34,179 nt of DNA from Candidatus Methylomirabilis sp. (GCA_035655535.1 DASRUH010000175.1:1-34179), one strand, 5' to 3'; positions 6,699 through 17,147 are shown, counted from the first letter of the stretch. A program made the numbers and translations. The notes: generated by a model not told the origin, from the letters alone.

Positions 6699-8933
6699 TC
6701 ACCTGTGGCGAAAAAAGGCGGAAAGGGATCCGCGCCAGGCCTGATCCAGTACCGCCAGGGACAGATCGATGTGATACGTCCGCCCCCGGCAGACGAACCG
6801 GGAGCCGCCCGTGCGTCCGAGGGCGGTGACCGGGACCCCGTGGCGGTCGGCGATCGCCTGGAGCCTGCCCAGGTCGGCCTCCCGCAGTGACACGACGATC
6901 CGGGACTGCGTCTCGCCGAAGAGAAGCGCATCGGGCCGGAGCATCCCCGGAACGCTCACCTCGACACCGATGGGCCGGTCCGGATCGGTGATGCAGCCCT
7001 CGGCTAACGCCACGGCCAGTCCCCCCTCGGAGCAGTCGTGCGCGGATCGCACCACGCCGGCGCGAATCGCCTCGAGACAGCACCGCTGGATGCGCCGCTC
7101 CGTCTCGAGATCCACCGTGGGTGGCCGGCCCTGGATCATCCCGTGGCAGACCTGCAGGTATTCGCTCCCCCCCAGGTCCTCCCGGCTCTCCCCCAGCAGC
7201 ACCACGAGATCTCCCGCCGCCTTCCAGGCCGGGGTCGTGGCGTGGGAGATGTGACCGAGGACCCCCAGCATCCCCACAATCGGGGTGGGGAAGATGGCCT
7301 TCCCCGTCGTCTCGTTGTAGAAGCTGACATTACCTCCGGTGACCGGCGTCTGCAAGGCCTGGCAGGCGGCAGCCATCCCGCGGACCGCCTCGGTGAACTG
7401 CCACATGATCTCGGGGCGCGTCGGATCGCCGAAGTTGAGACAGTTCGTGACCGCCACAGGCTCGGCGCCGCTCACCACCACGTTCCGGGCCGCCTCCGCC
7501 ACGGCGATCACCCCCCCGATGAAGGGGTCGAGAAACGTGTACCGCCCGTTCCCGTCCATGGCGAGGGCGATCCCCCCTTCGGCCCCCTTGAGGCGCAGCA
7601 CCACCGCATCGGCCCCAGGGCCGACGACGGTGTTCACGAAGAGCATGTGGTCGTACTGTTCCCAGACCGTCGCCTTGCAGGCGATGGAGGGGGAGGCCAG
7701 GAGTCGGCACAGCGCGGCTCCGTAGTCGCGCGGGAGCGGAATCGCATCGAGGTCGAGACGCTGCACCTCATCCTGCCACGCGGGGCGAACGGTCGGGCGC
7801 CGGTACACCGGGGCCTCGGCCACGAGTCCCTTCACCGGGATCTCGGCGACGATCCGACTGCCGTCCCGCACCCGCATCAGGCCGTCACCGGTCACCCGGC
7901 CCACGACCACCGCATCGAGATCGTAGCGGGCAAAGATGCCCCGCACGACCTCCTCGGTCCCGCGCCGCGCCACCAGCAGCATCCGCTCCTGGGACTCCGA
8001 CAACATCACCTCGTAGGGGGTCATCCCCTCTTCCCGCCGCGGAACGAGCCGGACGTCGACCTCCACGCCCGTCCCCCCGCGGCTCGCCATCTCGCAACTC
8101 GAACAGGTGAGCCCGGCCGCCCCCATGTCCTGAATCCCGACCAGCGCATCCGTCCGCATGAGCTCCAGACACGCCTCGATCAACAGCTTCTCCCGGAATG
8201 GATCCCCCACCTGGACCGTCGGGCGGCGCTCCTCGCTCCTCTCGTCGAAGGTCTCGGAGGCCATGGTGGCGCCGTGAATCCCGTCGCGGCCGGTCTTGGC
8301 GCCCACGTAGAAGACCGGGTTGCCGATGCCGCCCGCGCGGCCGAAGAACAGCTTGTCGGCCTGCGCCATTCCGAGACACAGGACGTTCACCAGCGGATTG
8401 TGACTGTAACAGTCGGCGAAAAGGACTTCGCCCCCGACGGTCGGAACCCCCACGGCATTGCCGTATCCCGAGATCCCCCCCACCACTCCCCCCATGAGAT
8501 ACCGGTTCCGGGCCTCGTGGAGCGGCCCGAAGCGGAGGGAATCGAGCAGCGCGATGGGGCGCGCCCCCATCGTGAAGATGTCCCGGATGATCCCCCCGAC
8601 GCCGGTCGCGGCTCCCTGGTAGGGCTCGATGTAGGAGGGATGATTATGGCTCTCCACCTTGAAGACCGCGGCCAGGCCGTCCCCGAGGTCCACCACACCG
8701 GCGTTCTCTCCCGGCCCCTGCAGGATCCGGGGTCCGGACGTGGGGAAGGTCTGCAGGTGCACCTTCGAGCTCTTGTAGCTGCAGTGCTCCGACCACATGA
8801 CCGAGAAGATCCCGAGCTCCGTATAGGTGGGTGCGCGCCCCAGGATGACGACCACGCGGTCGTACTCCTCGCGCGTCAGGCTGTGCGCGGCAATGAGTGC
8901 GTCGGTGACGGCCGGCTCGACCATGGCGTTCAC
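6699..8933 (-). CDS. purL: phosphoribosylformylglycinamidine synthase subunit II
   Basis: The 744-aa ORF is a small-type PurL in purS-purQ-purL order. The GTG start at 8933 overlaps the purQ stop (GTGA). The ATG at 8924 is an alternative start. Confidence 0.95.
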   Translation of the reverse strand: MNAMVEPAVTDALIAAHSLTREEYDRVVVILGRAPTYTELGIFSVMWSEHCSYKSSKVHLQTFPTSGPRILQGPGENAGVVDLGDGLAAVFKVESHNHPSYIEPYQGAATGVGGIIRDIFTMGARPIALLDSLRFGPLHEARNRYLMGGVVGGISGYGNAVGVPTVGGEVLFADCYSHNPLVNVLCLGMAQADKLFFGRAGGIGNPVFYVGAKTGRDGIHGATMASETFDERSEERRPTVQVGDPFREKLLIEACLELMRTDALVGIQDMGAAGLTCSSCEMASRGGTGVEVDVRLVPRREEGMTPYEVMLSESQERMLLVARRGTEEVVRGIFARYDLDAVVVGRVTGDGLMRVRDGSRIVAEIPVKGLVAEAPVYRRPTVRPAWQDEVQRLDLDAIPLPRDYGAALCRLLASPSIACKATVWEQYDHMLFVNTVVGPGADAVVLRLKGAEGGIALAMDGNGRYTFLDPFIGGVIAVAEAARNVVVSGAEPVAVTNCLNFGDPTRPEIMWQFTEAVRGMAAACQALQTPVTGGNVSFYNETTGKAIFPTPIVGMLGVLGHISHATTPAWKAAGDLVVLLGESREDLGGSEYLQVCHGMIQGRPPTVDLETERRIQRCCLEAIRAGVVRSAHDCSEGGLAVALAEGCITDPDRPIGVEVSVPGMLRPDALLFGETQSRIVVSLREADLGRLQAIADRHGVPVTALGRTGGSRFVCRGRTYHIDLSLAVLDQAWRGSLSAFFRHR

Positions 8934-9640
8934 CGAGGGGTGGCAGATGCGGTGCGGGCGGAGCGCAGGACCGATGCAAACAACAGGCGGCCGTCGGCGG
9001 AGCCGAGGAGGGCCTCGGCGGCCCGCTCGGGATGCGGCATCAGGCCGAGGACGTTGCGCCCTTCGTTACAGATGCCGGCGATGTTCTGGAGCGACCCGTT
9101 GGGATTCGCCGCTTCGGTCGGCTCTCCACCCGCCGTGACGTAGCGGAAGACCACCTGGTCGTTCGCGGTGAGGCGGGCGACCGTCGCCTCGTCGGCGTAA
9201 TACCGCCCCTCGTTGTGATTGATGGGGATCCGCAGGACCTGGCCACGGGTGCAGGCGTTCGTAAAGGGGGTAGCGGCGGTCTCCACCCGGATATGCACCT
9301 GGCGGCAGAGAAAGTGCATCGTCGTGTTCCGGAGCAGCGCACCCGGCAGCAGCCCCGCTTCACACAGGACCTGAAATCCGTTGCAGATCCCCAGCACTAG
9401 GCCGCCGCGCCGGGCGTGTCGCTCGACCGCCGCCATGACCGGCGAGAAGCGGGCGATGGCGCCCGTCCGGAGGTAGTCCCCGTGGGCGAAGCCCCCCGGC
9501 AGGATGAGGCAGTCATAGTCGCCGAGGGCCGTCTCCTTATGCCAGACGAGCTCCGTCTGCTGCCCCAGGACGTTCTCCAGGACCCACCGGCAGTCCAGCT
9601 CGCAGTTCGACCCGGGAAAGACGATGATGCCGAACCGCAT
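8930..9640 (-). CDS. purQ: phosphoribosylformylglycinamidine synthase, glutaminase subunit
   Basis: The 236-aa ORF carries the class I amidotransferase nucleophile motif LGICNGFQ. Confidence 0.95.
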   Translation of the reverse strand: MRFGIIVFPGSNCELDCRWVLENVLGQQTELVWHKETALGDYDCLILPGGFAHGDYLRTGAIARFSPVMAAVERHARRGGLVLGICNGFQVLCEAGLLPGALLRNTTMHFLCRQVHIRVETAATPFTNACTRGQVLRIPINHNEGRYYADEATVARLTANDQVVFRYVTAGGEPTEAANPNGSLQNIAGICNEGRNVLGLMPHPERAAEALLGSADGRLLFASVLRSARTASATPR

Positions 9641-9886
9641 CTAGCCTTCCTCCACCTCGAACCGGTACTCCTCGATCACCGGATTCGCCAGGAGCTTCTT
9701 GCACATCTCTTCCACGCGCTGCCTCGCTTCGTCGCGCGGGACGTCGTTCAGGCTAATGACCATGAACTTGCCGATCCGCACATCCCTGACCTCGCCAAAT
9801 CCCAGCGTCTCCAGCGCGCTCCGGACGGTCTCCCCCTGCGGATCCAGCACCCCCTTCTTCAGCGTCACATACACCTTCGCCCGCAT
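9641..9886 (-). CDS. purS: phosphoribosylformylglycinamidine synthase subunit PurS
   Basis: MRAKVYVTLKKGVLDPQG is a typical PurS N-terminus. The ATG at 9886 is preceded by GAGGGATG. The track start is a GTG two codons upstream, at 9892. Confidence 0.9.
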   Translation of the reverse strand: MRAKVYVTLKKGVLDPQGETVRSALETLGFGEVRDVRIGKFMVISLNDVPRDEARQRVEEMCKKLLANPVIEEYRFEVEEG

Positions 9887-10057
9887 TACCACATCCCTCG
9901 GGCCTTCAGCGTGAGCGGCGAGGGGAGGGTCTGCCGCAGAGAAAGGTCAAACCCGCGCCCCAACCACACAACACTGTACAAACTCGAGACATGTCCGCTC
10001 ACCGACCTTGGTACCTTGCGCCGAAAAACCTATCGATCGCATTTCCGACACACATCG

Positions 10058-10176
10058 CGATGCGGCAGGGTCTTCCCGAGCCGCCCTCCGTTGCGCCAAT
10101 GACGCGGAGGGCTTTCCCGAGCCGCCTCGCCACAGCTCCCCCGACGATGCGGCAGGGCCTCCCCGAGCCGCCCTCC
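10058..10176. repeat. three ~31-nt direct repeats (period 43/44 nt) in the purC-purS spacer
   Basis: R1 (10058-10089) is cgatgcggcagggtcttcccgagccgccctcc. R3 (10145-10176) is cgatgcggcagggcctccccgagccgccctcc, identical at 30 of 32 positions. R2 (10101-10131) is the degenerate copy gacgcggagggctttcccgagccgcctcgcc. Each unit contains GCGGC..GCCGC hairpin potential. Confidence 0.9.
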
Positions 10177-10184
10177 ATCACCCC

Positions 10185-10889
10185 TCATCCGCAAATCCGC
10201 CGGTCCACCTCCTGGTACGCCTCCTCCACCCCGCCCAGATCCCGTCGGAACCGATCCTTGTCCATCTTCTCCAGCGTCTGCTTGTCCCAGAGGCGGCAGC
10301 CGTCCGGGGTGATCTCGTCCCCGAGGAGCAGCCGCCCGCGGTGCCGCCCGAACTCGAGCTTGAAGTCGACGAGGATGAGACCCCGCGCATCGAGATACTC
10401 CCGGAGCAGCGCGTTCACGAGCAGCGCGCGCTTGCGGATCGCCCGGACCTCCCGGGGGCTGGCCAAGCCGAGCAGCCTGACATGATCCTCGTTGATCATC
10501 GGGTCTCCCAGGGCATCATCCTTGTAGAAGAACTCGAGGACCGGCTCCGGCAGGGGCTTGCCCTCCTCGATTCCGAGCCGCTTGGCGAGCGAGCCGGCGC
10601 TGATGTTGCGGACCACCACCTCGATCTTGATGATCTCGAGCCGCTTCACGAGCATCTCGCGCTCGCTGAGCTGCCGGACGAAGTGGGTCCGGATGCCCTG
10701 CTGTTGCAGATAGGCGAAGAGGACCGAGGAGATGCGGGTGTTGTAGACCCCCTTCTGCGCGATGACCCCCCGCTTCTGCGCATTGAAGGCCGTCGCCTCA
10801 TCCTTGAAGTACTGGATCAGGAGGTCGGGATCATCCGTCTCGTAGAGAATCTTGGCCTTGCCCTCGTACAGTTTCGTCCGCCGCTCCAT
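10185..10889 (-). CDS. purC: phosphoribosylaminoimidazole-succinocarboxamide (SAICAR) synthase
   Basis: MERRTKLYEGKAKILYETDDP is a typical PurC N-terminus. The ATG at 10889 follows a GGGGGAG SD and lies just past the purB stop (10898). The track extension to 11018 would overlap purB. Confidence 0.93.
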   Translation of the reverse strand: MERRTKLYEGKAKILYETDDPDLLIQYFKDEATAFNAQKRGVIAQKGVYNTRISSVLFAYLQQQGIRTHFVRQLSEREMLVKRLEIIKIEVVVRNISAGSLAKRLGIEEGKPLPEPVLEFFYKDDALGDPMINEDHVRLLGLASPREVRAIRKRALLVNALLREYLDARGLILVDFKLEFGRHRGRLLLGDEITPDGCRLWDKQTLEKMDKDRFRRDLGGVEEAYQEVDRRICG

Positions 10890-10897
10890 GCTCCCCC

Positions 10898-12190
10898 CTA
10901 GAGTCCCACCCGCGCGAAGATCGTGTCCACATGCTCGAGGTACGGCTTCAGATCGAAGCAGGCGCCAATCGCCTCCGGCGAGAGGTAGCGCAGCACCTGC
11001 GGGTCCCGCAACAGACAATCGCGGAAATGCTCTCCCTTCTCCCAGGCCGCGGTGGCGTTCCGCTGCACGAGGTCATGGGCGACCTCCCGCGGCGCGCCCT
11101 TCTCCGTCAAGGCCAAGAGCACCCGTTGAGAGAAGAGCAGACCCTGCGTGAGATGCAGGTTGCGCTCCATCCGGTCCGGGACAACCTCCAGGCCCTCCAG
11201 CACCTCCCGCATCTTGGTGAACAGGTAATCGAGGAGGATGGTGGAGTCGGGCATGATCACGCGCTCGACCGAGGAGTGGCTGATGTCTCGCTCGTGCCAC
11301 AACGGCACGTTCTCGAGGGCCGCAAGGGCGTTGGCCCGCAGGATCCGGCAGAGGCCGGCGATCTGCTCGCACGTGACCGGGTTGCGCTTGTGCGGCATCG
11401 AGGACGAGCCCCTCTGCCCCTCGGCAAAGGGTTCGGCCGCCTCCGCGACCTCCGTGCGCTGCAGGTGGCGGATCTCGGTGGCGATGGTCTCCAGCGCACC
11501 GCCCACGAGGGCCAGCATCACGAGGAACTGGGCGTGCCGGTCGCGGGGGATGATCTGGCTCGACACCGGCTCCGGCGCGAGCCCGAGCTTCTCGCAGACG
11601 TACGCCTCGATGGCGGGCGGGAGATGGGCGTAGGTCCCGACCGCCCCCGAGAGCTTGCCGAAGCCGACGGCGGCCTGGGCCTGCTCCAGCCGCTCACGGT
11701 TGCGGAGCATCTCGCTGTACCAGCGGGCGACCTTGAGCCCGAAGGTCACCGGTTCGGCGTGCACCCCGTGGGTGCGACCCACCGTCACCGTGTGCTTGTG
11801 GGTTCTCGCGAGGGTCCTGAGGGTCCCGAGCAGCGCGTCGCAGTCCTCCAGGAGGATCTCGGCCGCCTCCCGGAGCTGAAACGCCAAGGCCGTATCCATG
11901 ACATCGGAAGAGGTCAAACCCAGGTGGATGTGCCGGGCAGGCTCCCCGACCCGCTCGGCGACCGCGTTCAGGAACGCGACCACCTCATGGCGGGCCGTCT
12001 GCTCGAGCTCCTGGATGCGACGGACATCGAAGGCGGCCCTGGTCTTGATGGCCTGCAGGGCGTCGGCAGGAATCTTGCCCAGCTGCGCCCAGGCCTCACA
12101 GGCCAGGATCTCGATCCGGAGCCACACCTGGAACCGGTGCTCGAGCTCCCAGATCGCGGCCATCCGGGGGAGGGTATAGCGAGGAATCAT
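10898..12190 (-). CDS. purB: adenylosuccinate lyase
   Basis: The 430-aa ORF carries the fumarate-lyase family signature GSSSMPHKRNP. Confidence 0.95.
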   Translation of the reverse strand: MIPRYTLPRMAAIWELEHRFQVWLRIEILACEAWAQLGKIPADALQAIKTRAAFDVRRIQELEQTARHEVVAFLNAVAERVGEPARHIHLGLTSSDVMDTALAFQLREAAEILLEDCDALLGTLRTLARTHKHTVTVGRTHGVHAEPVTFGLKVARWYSEMLRNRERLEQAQAAVGFGKLSGAVGTYAHLPPAIEAYVCEKLGLAPEPVSSQIIPRDRHAQFLVMLALVGGALETIATEIRHLQRTEVAEAAEPFAEGQRGSSSMPHKRNPVTCEQIAGLCRILRANALAALENVPLWHERDISHSSVERVIMPDSTILLDYLFTKMREVLEGLEVVPDRMERNLHLTQGLLFSQRVLLALTEKGAPREVAHDLVQRNATAAWEKGEHFRDCLLRDPQVLRYLSPEAIGACFDLKPYLEHVDTIFARVGL

Positions 12191-12267
12191 CGCGAGATCC
12201 CCTTCCCGCGAGGTCGCATCCCGCGGAGGTGTCCGCTCGAGGGTGGCAATGGAAACCGTTCAGGGCA

Positions 12268-13533
12268 TCAGACCGATGGAGCGGGTTGCTCGATGCGACC
12301 GATGGAAGCCAAGGTGCATGCCCCGCCATCGAACAGGGATTGGGTGAGCTGCTGGAGGCGCTCCGGCGTCACCTCCTCGATCCCCTGAATGATTTCCTCC
12401 AACCCGAAGCAGCGGGTGAACGTCATGTACATCTTGGCGAGCCGCGTCATCCGGCTGCTGGTGCCCTCGAGACCGAGGAGGAGGTTCCCTTTGAGCTGCT
12501 CCTTGGCGCGTCGGAATTCGGCGGGCCCGACCAACTCATCCCGCACCTTGCGGAGCTCGGCCCGGATGAGGTCGACCACCTCCTGGTAGTGGTCGCTACT
12601 CGTGCCCGCATACACCACGAGGAGACCGCCGTCGCGGTACGACGCGCCGTAGGAGTATATTGAATAGACGAGCCCTCGCTTCTCGCGGATCTCCTGGAAG
12701 AGACGAGAGCTCATCCCGCCCCCGAGGATCGTATTGAGGATCGAGAGGGCGTAGCGGTCGCGGTGCGCGTTGGCGAGGCCGTTGGACCCGAGACACAGGT
12801 GGACCTGGCTGAGATCCCGTTCTTCGTTCACCACCGTGAACCGCGAGACCGGGGGCGCGGTGACGCCGACCCGCGCCTGTCCTCCCCACCCCCCGAACGC
12901 GGCCGTGAGGAGATTCACCAGGACCTCGTGCTGCAGGTCCCCGGCGGCAGAGATGATCACCCGGTCGGGCCGGTAGTGGCGCCCCATGTACTTCACGATC
13001 TCATCGCGGCCGATCTGCTCCAACGTCTCGCGCCGGCCCAGGATCGGACGACCGAGGGGATGATCCGCCCAGATGGTCTGGGCGAAGAGGTCGTGGACCT
13101 GATCATCGGGCGTGTCCTCGATCATCTTGATCTCCTGGCGGACGACCTCGCGCTCGCGCTCGATGTCCCCCGGATCGAGGCGGGCGTGGAGCACGAGATC
13201 GGCGAGGAGATCCACCGCCAGCGGCAGGTGCTCACCGAGGACCTTGGCCGAGAAACACGTGTACTCCCGGCTGGTGAAGGCGTCGAGGGTCCCCCCCACG
13301 GAGTCGATGGCCTCGGCGATCGCCTCGGCACTCCGGTTCTCGGTCCCCTTGAAGAATGTGTGCTCGATAAAGTGGGAGATCCCCGCCTGCCCCTCCTCCT
13401 CGTCCCGCGAGCCCACCTGAATCCAGACGCCGACGGAGACGGAGCGCATCGCCGGCATCTTCTCGCTCAGGATGACGAGGCCGTTGTCGAGGACCGTCTT
13501 CTGGTGGAAGACTTGGGGCAGTGCCATCGTCAC
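12268..13533 (-). CDS. M16 family (pitrilysin-like) zinc peptidase
   Basis: The 421-aa ORF has the inverted zinc motif HFIEH near the N-terminus. M16 peptidases commonly follow pnp. The start is either GTG 13533 (overlapping the pnp stop) or ATG 13527. Confidence 0.88.
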   Translation of the reverse strand: MTMALPQVFHQKTVLDNGLVILSEKMPAMRSVSVGVWIQVGSRDEEEGQAGISHFIEHTFFKGTENRSAEAIAEAIDSVGGTLDAFTSREYTCFSAKVLGEHLPLAVDLLADLVLHARLDPGDIEREREVVRQEIKMIEDTPDDQVHDLFAQTIWADHPLGRPILGRRETLEQIGRDEIVKYMGRHYRPDRVIISAAGDLQHEVLVNLLTAAFGGWGGQARVGVTAPPVSRFTVVNEERDLSQVHLCLGSNGLANAHRDRYALSILNTILGGGMSSRLFQEIREKRGLVYSIYSYGASYRDGGLLVVYAGTSSDHYQEVVDLIRAELRKVRDELVGPAEFRRAKEQLKGNLLLGLEGTSSRMTRLAKMYMTFTRCFGLEEIIQGIEEVTPERLQQLTQSLFDGGACTLASIGRIEQPAPSV

Positions 13534-15716
13534 CGTTTCCCCTCTCGCTCCCGAGGCGCCTCGCGTTGCCCTTGGCTGCCCGAGTCCGGGCGCCGGGGCG
13601 GGCCCTCCTCTTTCCGATCCCCCCCCGCCTCGGTCCCAAGCTCTTTCAGGAGCTCCTTCCGGCTCAGCCGGATCTTGCCTGACGGGTCGACCTCGATCAC
13701 CTTGACGGTAACCTCTTCTCCTTCGGACAGGACATCCTGCACCCGCTGAATGCGATGCTCGGCGATCTGGGAGATGTGGAGCAGACCGTCGGTCCCCGGG
13801 AGGATTTCCACGAAGGCACCGAAATCCATGATCCGTTTCACCTTGCCCTTGTAGACTTTCCCGACCTCCGGCACCTCGACGATCCGGTTGATGATGGCGA
13901 GCGCCTTCTCCGCCGCCGCCTGATCCGTGGAGGCAATCTCGACCGTGCCGTCATCCGCGATGTCGATCTTGCACCCGGTCTCCACGATAATCCCGCGGAT
14001 CACCTTCCCCCCCGGCCCGATCACCTCTCGGATCTTGTCCACCGGGATCCTGATGTGCAGGAGCCGGGGAGCATAGACCGAGAGCGCCGGCCGCGGGTGG
14101 GCCAACGTCTTCTCCATCTCGTCCAGGACGTGCATCCGCGCCTGCCGGGCCCGCTCCAGTGCCCCGGCCATCAGGGACTGCGTGACCCCCTGGACCTTCA
14201 GATCCATCTGCAGCACCGTGATCCCCTTGCGCGTGCCGGCCACCTTGAAGTCCATGTCGCCGAGGTGGTCCTCCAGCCCCAGGATATCCGTCAGGATGGC
14301 GGCCTTTTCCCCTTCCACGACCAACCCCATGGCCACGCCCCCGACGGCCGCCTTGACCGGCACGCCGGCGTCCATCAGGGCCAGGGTGGCGCCGCAGACG
14401 GAGGCCATGGAGGAGGACCCGTTGCTCTCCAGGATGTCCGAGACGATCCGGATGGTGTACGGGAACTCCTCCGGGCTCGGGAGGATCGAGAGCAGCGCCC
14501 GTTCGGCCAGCGTCCCGTGGCCGATCTCCCGGCGGCCGGGACCGCGCAGGAACCGGACCTCGCCCACGCTGAAGGGGGGGAAATTATAGTGAAGCATGAA
14601 CCGCTTGAACCCCTCGCCCTCGATGCTGTCCAGCCGCTGCACGTCATCGGACGTTCCCAGGGTGGTGGTGACGAGAGCTTGGGTCTGGCCCCGGGTGAAG
14701 AGGGCCGAGCCGTGCGTCCGGGGCAGCACGCCGACCTCACAGGTGATGGGCCGAATCTCCTCGAGCCGCCGCCCGTCGGCCCGGATCCCTTTCTCCAGGA
14801 TCACCCGCCGCATCTCCTCGCGCTCGAGGCGCTCCAAGATCTCCCGCACCCGGAGCTGCATCTCGGCCGGTTCGCCGGCGAAGGCACGCAGGGTCTCCTC
14901 CGCGATCTGCTCTCTCCGGGACTGCTGGGTGGTCTTCTCATGATTGGCCGCCAGCCCTCGGATGGGTTCCTGCGCCATGCCCGCCACGCGCTCGAGCAAG
15001 GCGGGGTCCACCGCGGCAGACGGGAAGGTGATCTTCGGCCGCCCCGCCAACGCGGCGAGCTTCTCCTGCATCCGGATGATCTCGGCGATCGCCTTCTGGC
15101 CGAAGGCCATCGCCTCGAGGACTGGGACCTCCGGCACTTCCCTGGCGCTCGCCTCGACCATGATGACCCCCTCTTTTGTCCCGGCGACCACGAGGTCCAG
15201 GTCCGACTCCGCAAGCTGCTTGTAGGTCGGATTGAGCACCAGGCGCCCTCCCACCCGGCCGACCCGAACGGCGCCGACGGCCCCCAGGAAAGGGATCGGC
15301 GAGATCGTCAGGGCCGCCGACGCCCCCACCATCGCGAGTATGTCCGGGTCGTTCTCCTGGTCTGCCGAGAGGACCGTCGCGATGATCTGGACGTCTTGCC
15401 GAAATCCCTTCGGGAAGAGCGGCCGGATGGTCCGATCGATGAGGCGGGCGGCCACCGTCTCCTGGTCCCGCGGTCGACCCTCGCGTTTGAAAAAACCCCC
15501 GGGAATCATCCCGGCGGCGTACGCCCGCTCCTGATAGTCGACCGTCAGCGGGAAGAAGTCGATCCCCTCTCGCACCTGTTTGGTGGCCACGGCCGTCACC
15601 AAGACGATCGTATCGCCGTACTGAACCGAGACCGCCCCGTCCGCCTGCCGGGCGACCCGTCCCGTCTCTACGGAAAATTGCCGTCCTTCAATTTCGACTT
15701 CTAGCCGATGAACCAT
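13530..15716 (-). CDS. pnp: polyribonucleotide nucleotidyltransferase (PNPase)
   Basis: The 728-aa ORF has two RNase PH-like halves, a KH domain (GPGGKVIRGI), an S1 domain and a basic or acidic C-terminal tail. It lies downstream of rpsO. Confidence 0.97.
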   Translation of the reverse strand: MVHRLEVEIEGRQFSVETGRVARQADGAVSVQYGDTIVLVTAVATKQVREGIDFFPLTVDYQERAYAAGMIPGGFFKREGRPRDQETVAARLIDRTIRPLFPKGFRQDVQIIATVLSADQENDPDILAMVGASAALTISPIPFLGAVGAVRVGRVGGRLVLNPTYKQLAESDLDLVVAGTKEGVIMVEASAREVPEVPVLEAMAFGQKAIAEIIRMQEKLAALAGRPKITFPSAAVDPALLERVAGMAQEPIRGLAANHEKTTQQSRREQIAEETLRAFAGEPAEMQLRVREILERLEREEMRRVILEKGIRADGRRLEEIRPITCEVGVLPRTHGSALFTRGQTQALVTTTLGTSDDVQRLDSIEGEGFKRFMLHYNFPPFSVGEVRFLRGPGRREIGHGTLAERALLSILPSPEEFPYTIRIVSDILESNGSSSMASVCGATLALMDAGVPVKAAVGGVAMGLVVEGEKAAILTDILGLEDHLGDMDFKVAGTRKGITVLQMDLKVQGVTQSLMAGALERARQARMHVLDEMEKTLAHPRPALSVYAPRLLHIRIPVDKIREVIGPGGKVIRGIIVETGCKIDIADDGTVEIASTDQAAAEKALAIINRIVEVPEVGKVYKGKVKRIMDFGAFVEILPGTDGLLHISQIAEHRIQRVQDVLSEGEEVTVKVIEVDPSGKIRLSRKELLKELGTEAGGDRKEEGPPRRPDSGSQGQREAPREREGKR

Positions 15717-15745
15717 CGCCCGGGGCCCCTCCGTCCCCCCTCATG

Positions 15746-15792
15746 TGAAAAAACCCGCGAAAGATGGCCTCGATCTTGCCATCCGCCGCGGG
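15746..15792 (-). terminator. rpsO-pnp intergenic hairpin with T6 tail (terminator or attenuator)
   Basis: In minus sense: CCCGCG-GCG-GATGGC-(aagatcgag)-GCCATC-TTT-CGCGGG followed by TTTTTT. The position matches the rpsO terminator and pnp leader known in other bacteria. Confidence 0.6.
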
Positions 15793-15842
15793 CACCGCGA
15801 CCCTTCCATGGAGAACCGTCAAGACGCCAGCCTTCCGCCTCG

Positions 15843-16112
15843 TTAGCGACGAATCCCCAGCCGCTCGATGAGTTTGCGGTATCGTTCAACATCCTTATTT
15901 TTCAAGTAGTTGAGAAGCTTTCGTCGGCGGCTCACCATCCGGAGCAGACCGGTCCGGGAGTGGTGATCCTTTTTGTGGACGGTCAAGTGTTGGCTGAGAA
16001 ACTCGATCCGTGTGCTCAAGAGGGCGATCTGGACCTCTGGCGACCCGGTATCCCGCCCGTGCAGGTGAAATTCCTTGATCCGCTCCTGTTTTCGAGCAAG
16101 AACCTTCGCCAC
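15843..16112 (-). CDS. rpsO: 30S ribosomal protein S15
   Basis: The 89-aa ORF contains ...[46 protein letters not shown]. The GTG start lies 7 nt after GAGGAAGGAG. Confidence 0.95.
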   Translation of the reverse strand: MAKVLARKQERIKEFHLHGRDTGSPEVQIALLSTRIEFLSQHLTVHKKDHHSRTGLLRMVSRRRKLLNYLKNKDVERYRKLIERLGIRR

Positions 16113-16127
16113 ACCATGACTCCTTCC

Positions 16128-17132
16128 TCAATCGGCTCTGATACTAGCACAGGAGCCTGTCCCGAGTAAAGCCCAATCCTCTCCACGGCCGCCGGGGGGC
16201 TGCCGCAGGATCTCCCTGGCCCGCTCGACGTCGCGCGCCACCTGGGCGGTGAGCTCTCCCGGGGAGCCAAAGCGCACCTCCTCCCGAATCCACTCCCAGA
16301 AAGTGACAAGGATCGTCTGCCCGTAGCCGGGCGCCCGATCCTCCCGTACATCGAGCAGATGCACTTCCACGCGGCGATCCCCACGCCCGAAGGTGGGGGC
16401 CACACCGACATTGATCGCGGCATCGTACCCGGCCTCTCCGACATAGGCGCGGCCTGCGTACACCCCATCGGGGATGAGAAAGCCGCCGGGCGGGATCACG
16501 TTGGCCGTGGCGAATCCCAACCCCCTGCCCCGGCCTGCGCCGGGGACGATCTCTCCGAGGATCGCATAGGCGCGGGTGAGATAGCGGGCCGCCTCACCCA
16601 CCTTCCCCTGATGCAACAGATCCCGGATCAGGGCTGATTTCACCACCGCCCCATCCACGACCACCGGCGGGACGACCTCCACCTCAAATCCGAGGGCTGT
16701 CCCCATCTCTGCCAGCAGCTCCGGCGTCCCCCGCCGGCCCTTGCCGAAGCGGAAATCAAATCCCAGGCAGAGAAACTCGACCCGGAGCCTGTCCCGGAGG
16801 ATCTCCTGTACGAAGGCCTCCGCCTCGGTCTCGGCGAGGCTCGGCGTAAAGGGGATGGCGATCAGCAGCTGGATCCCCAGGGCCCGGAGGAGCGGTTCTT
16901 TCAGCAGCGGGGGCGTGATCAGGCGAGGCGCCCGATCCGGCTGCAGGACCTCGAGGGGATGGTTCACGAAGGTGAACGCGGCCGCCGTTCCTCGGCTCTT
17001 GCGGGCGCGTTCTACGACCGTTCGAATGATCCGCTGGTGTCCGGCGTGGACGCCGTCGAAGGTCCCGATGGCGGCGGCGACGTGCGGAAATGACTTCCGC
17101 CCTACCTGGGCGATGTCCCGAACGGTTTCCAT
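16128..17132 (-). CDS. ribF: bifunctional riboflavin kinase / FMN adenylyltransferase
   Basis: The nucleotidyltransferase motif GTFDGVHAGHQ is present and the C-terminal half resembles riboflavin kinase. I prefer the ATG at 17132 over the adjacent TTG at 17135. Confidence 0.92.
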   Translation of the reverse strand: METVRDIAQVGRKSFPHVAAAIGTFDGVHAGHQRIIRTVVERARKSRGTAAAFTFVNHPLEVLQPDRAPRLITPPLLKEPLLRALGIQLLIAIPFTPSLAETEAEAFVQEILRDRLRVEFLCLGFDFRFGKGRRGTPELLAEMGTALGFEVEVVPPVVVDGAVVKSALIRDLLHQGKVGEAARYLTRAYAILGEIVPGAGRGRGLGFATANVIPPGGFLIPDGVYAGRAYVGEAGYDAAINVGVAPTFGRGDRRVEVHLLDVREDRAPGYGQTILVTFWEWIREEVRFGSPGELTAQVARDVERAREILRQPPGGRGEDWALLGTGSCASIRAD

Positions 17133-17147
17133 CAATCTGCTGTCGGT

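Noticed and set aside
10058-10176. A possible mini-CRISPR array, based on three direct repeats.
   Set aside because: There are only three copies and one is degenerate. The spacers are 11-14 nt, shorter than the repeats. There are no cas genes in the window, and the locus is an intercistronic spacer of a pur operon.
9999-10181. A 60-aa minus-strand ORF in the purC-purS spacer encoding a duplicated EGGSGRPCRI peptide.
   Set aside because: The duplication simply reflects DNA repeats R1 and R3, which happen to lie 87 nt apart. The middle copy, R2, is out of frame. There is no SD, since the start lies 3-4 nt after the purC stop. The 43/44-nt period is not codon-based. I treat it as non-coding repeat sequence.
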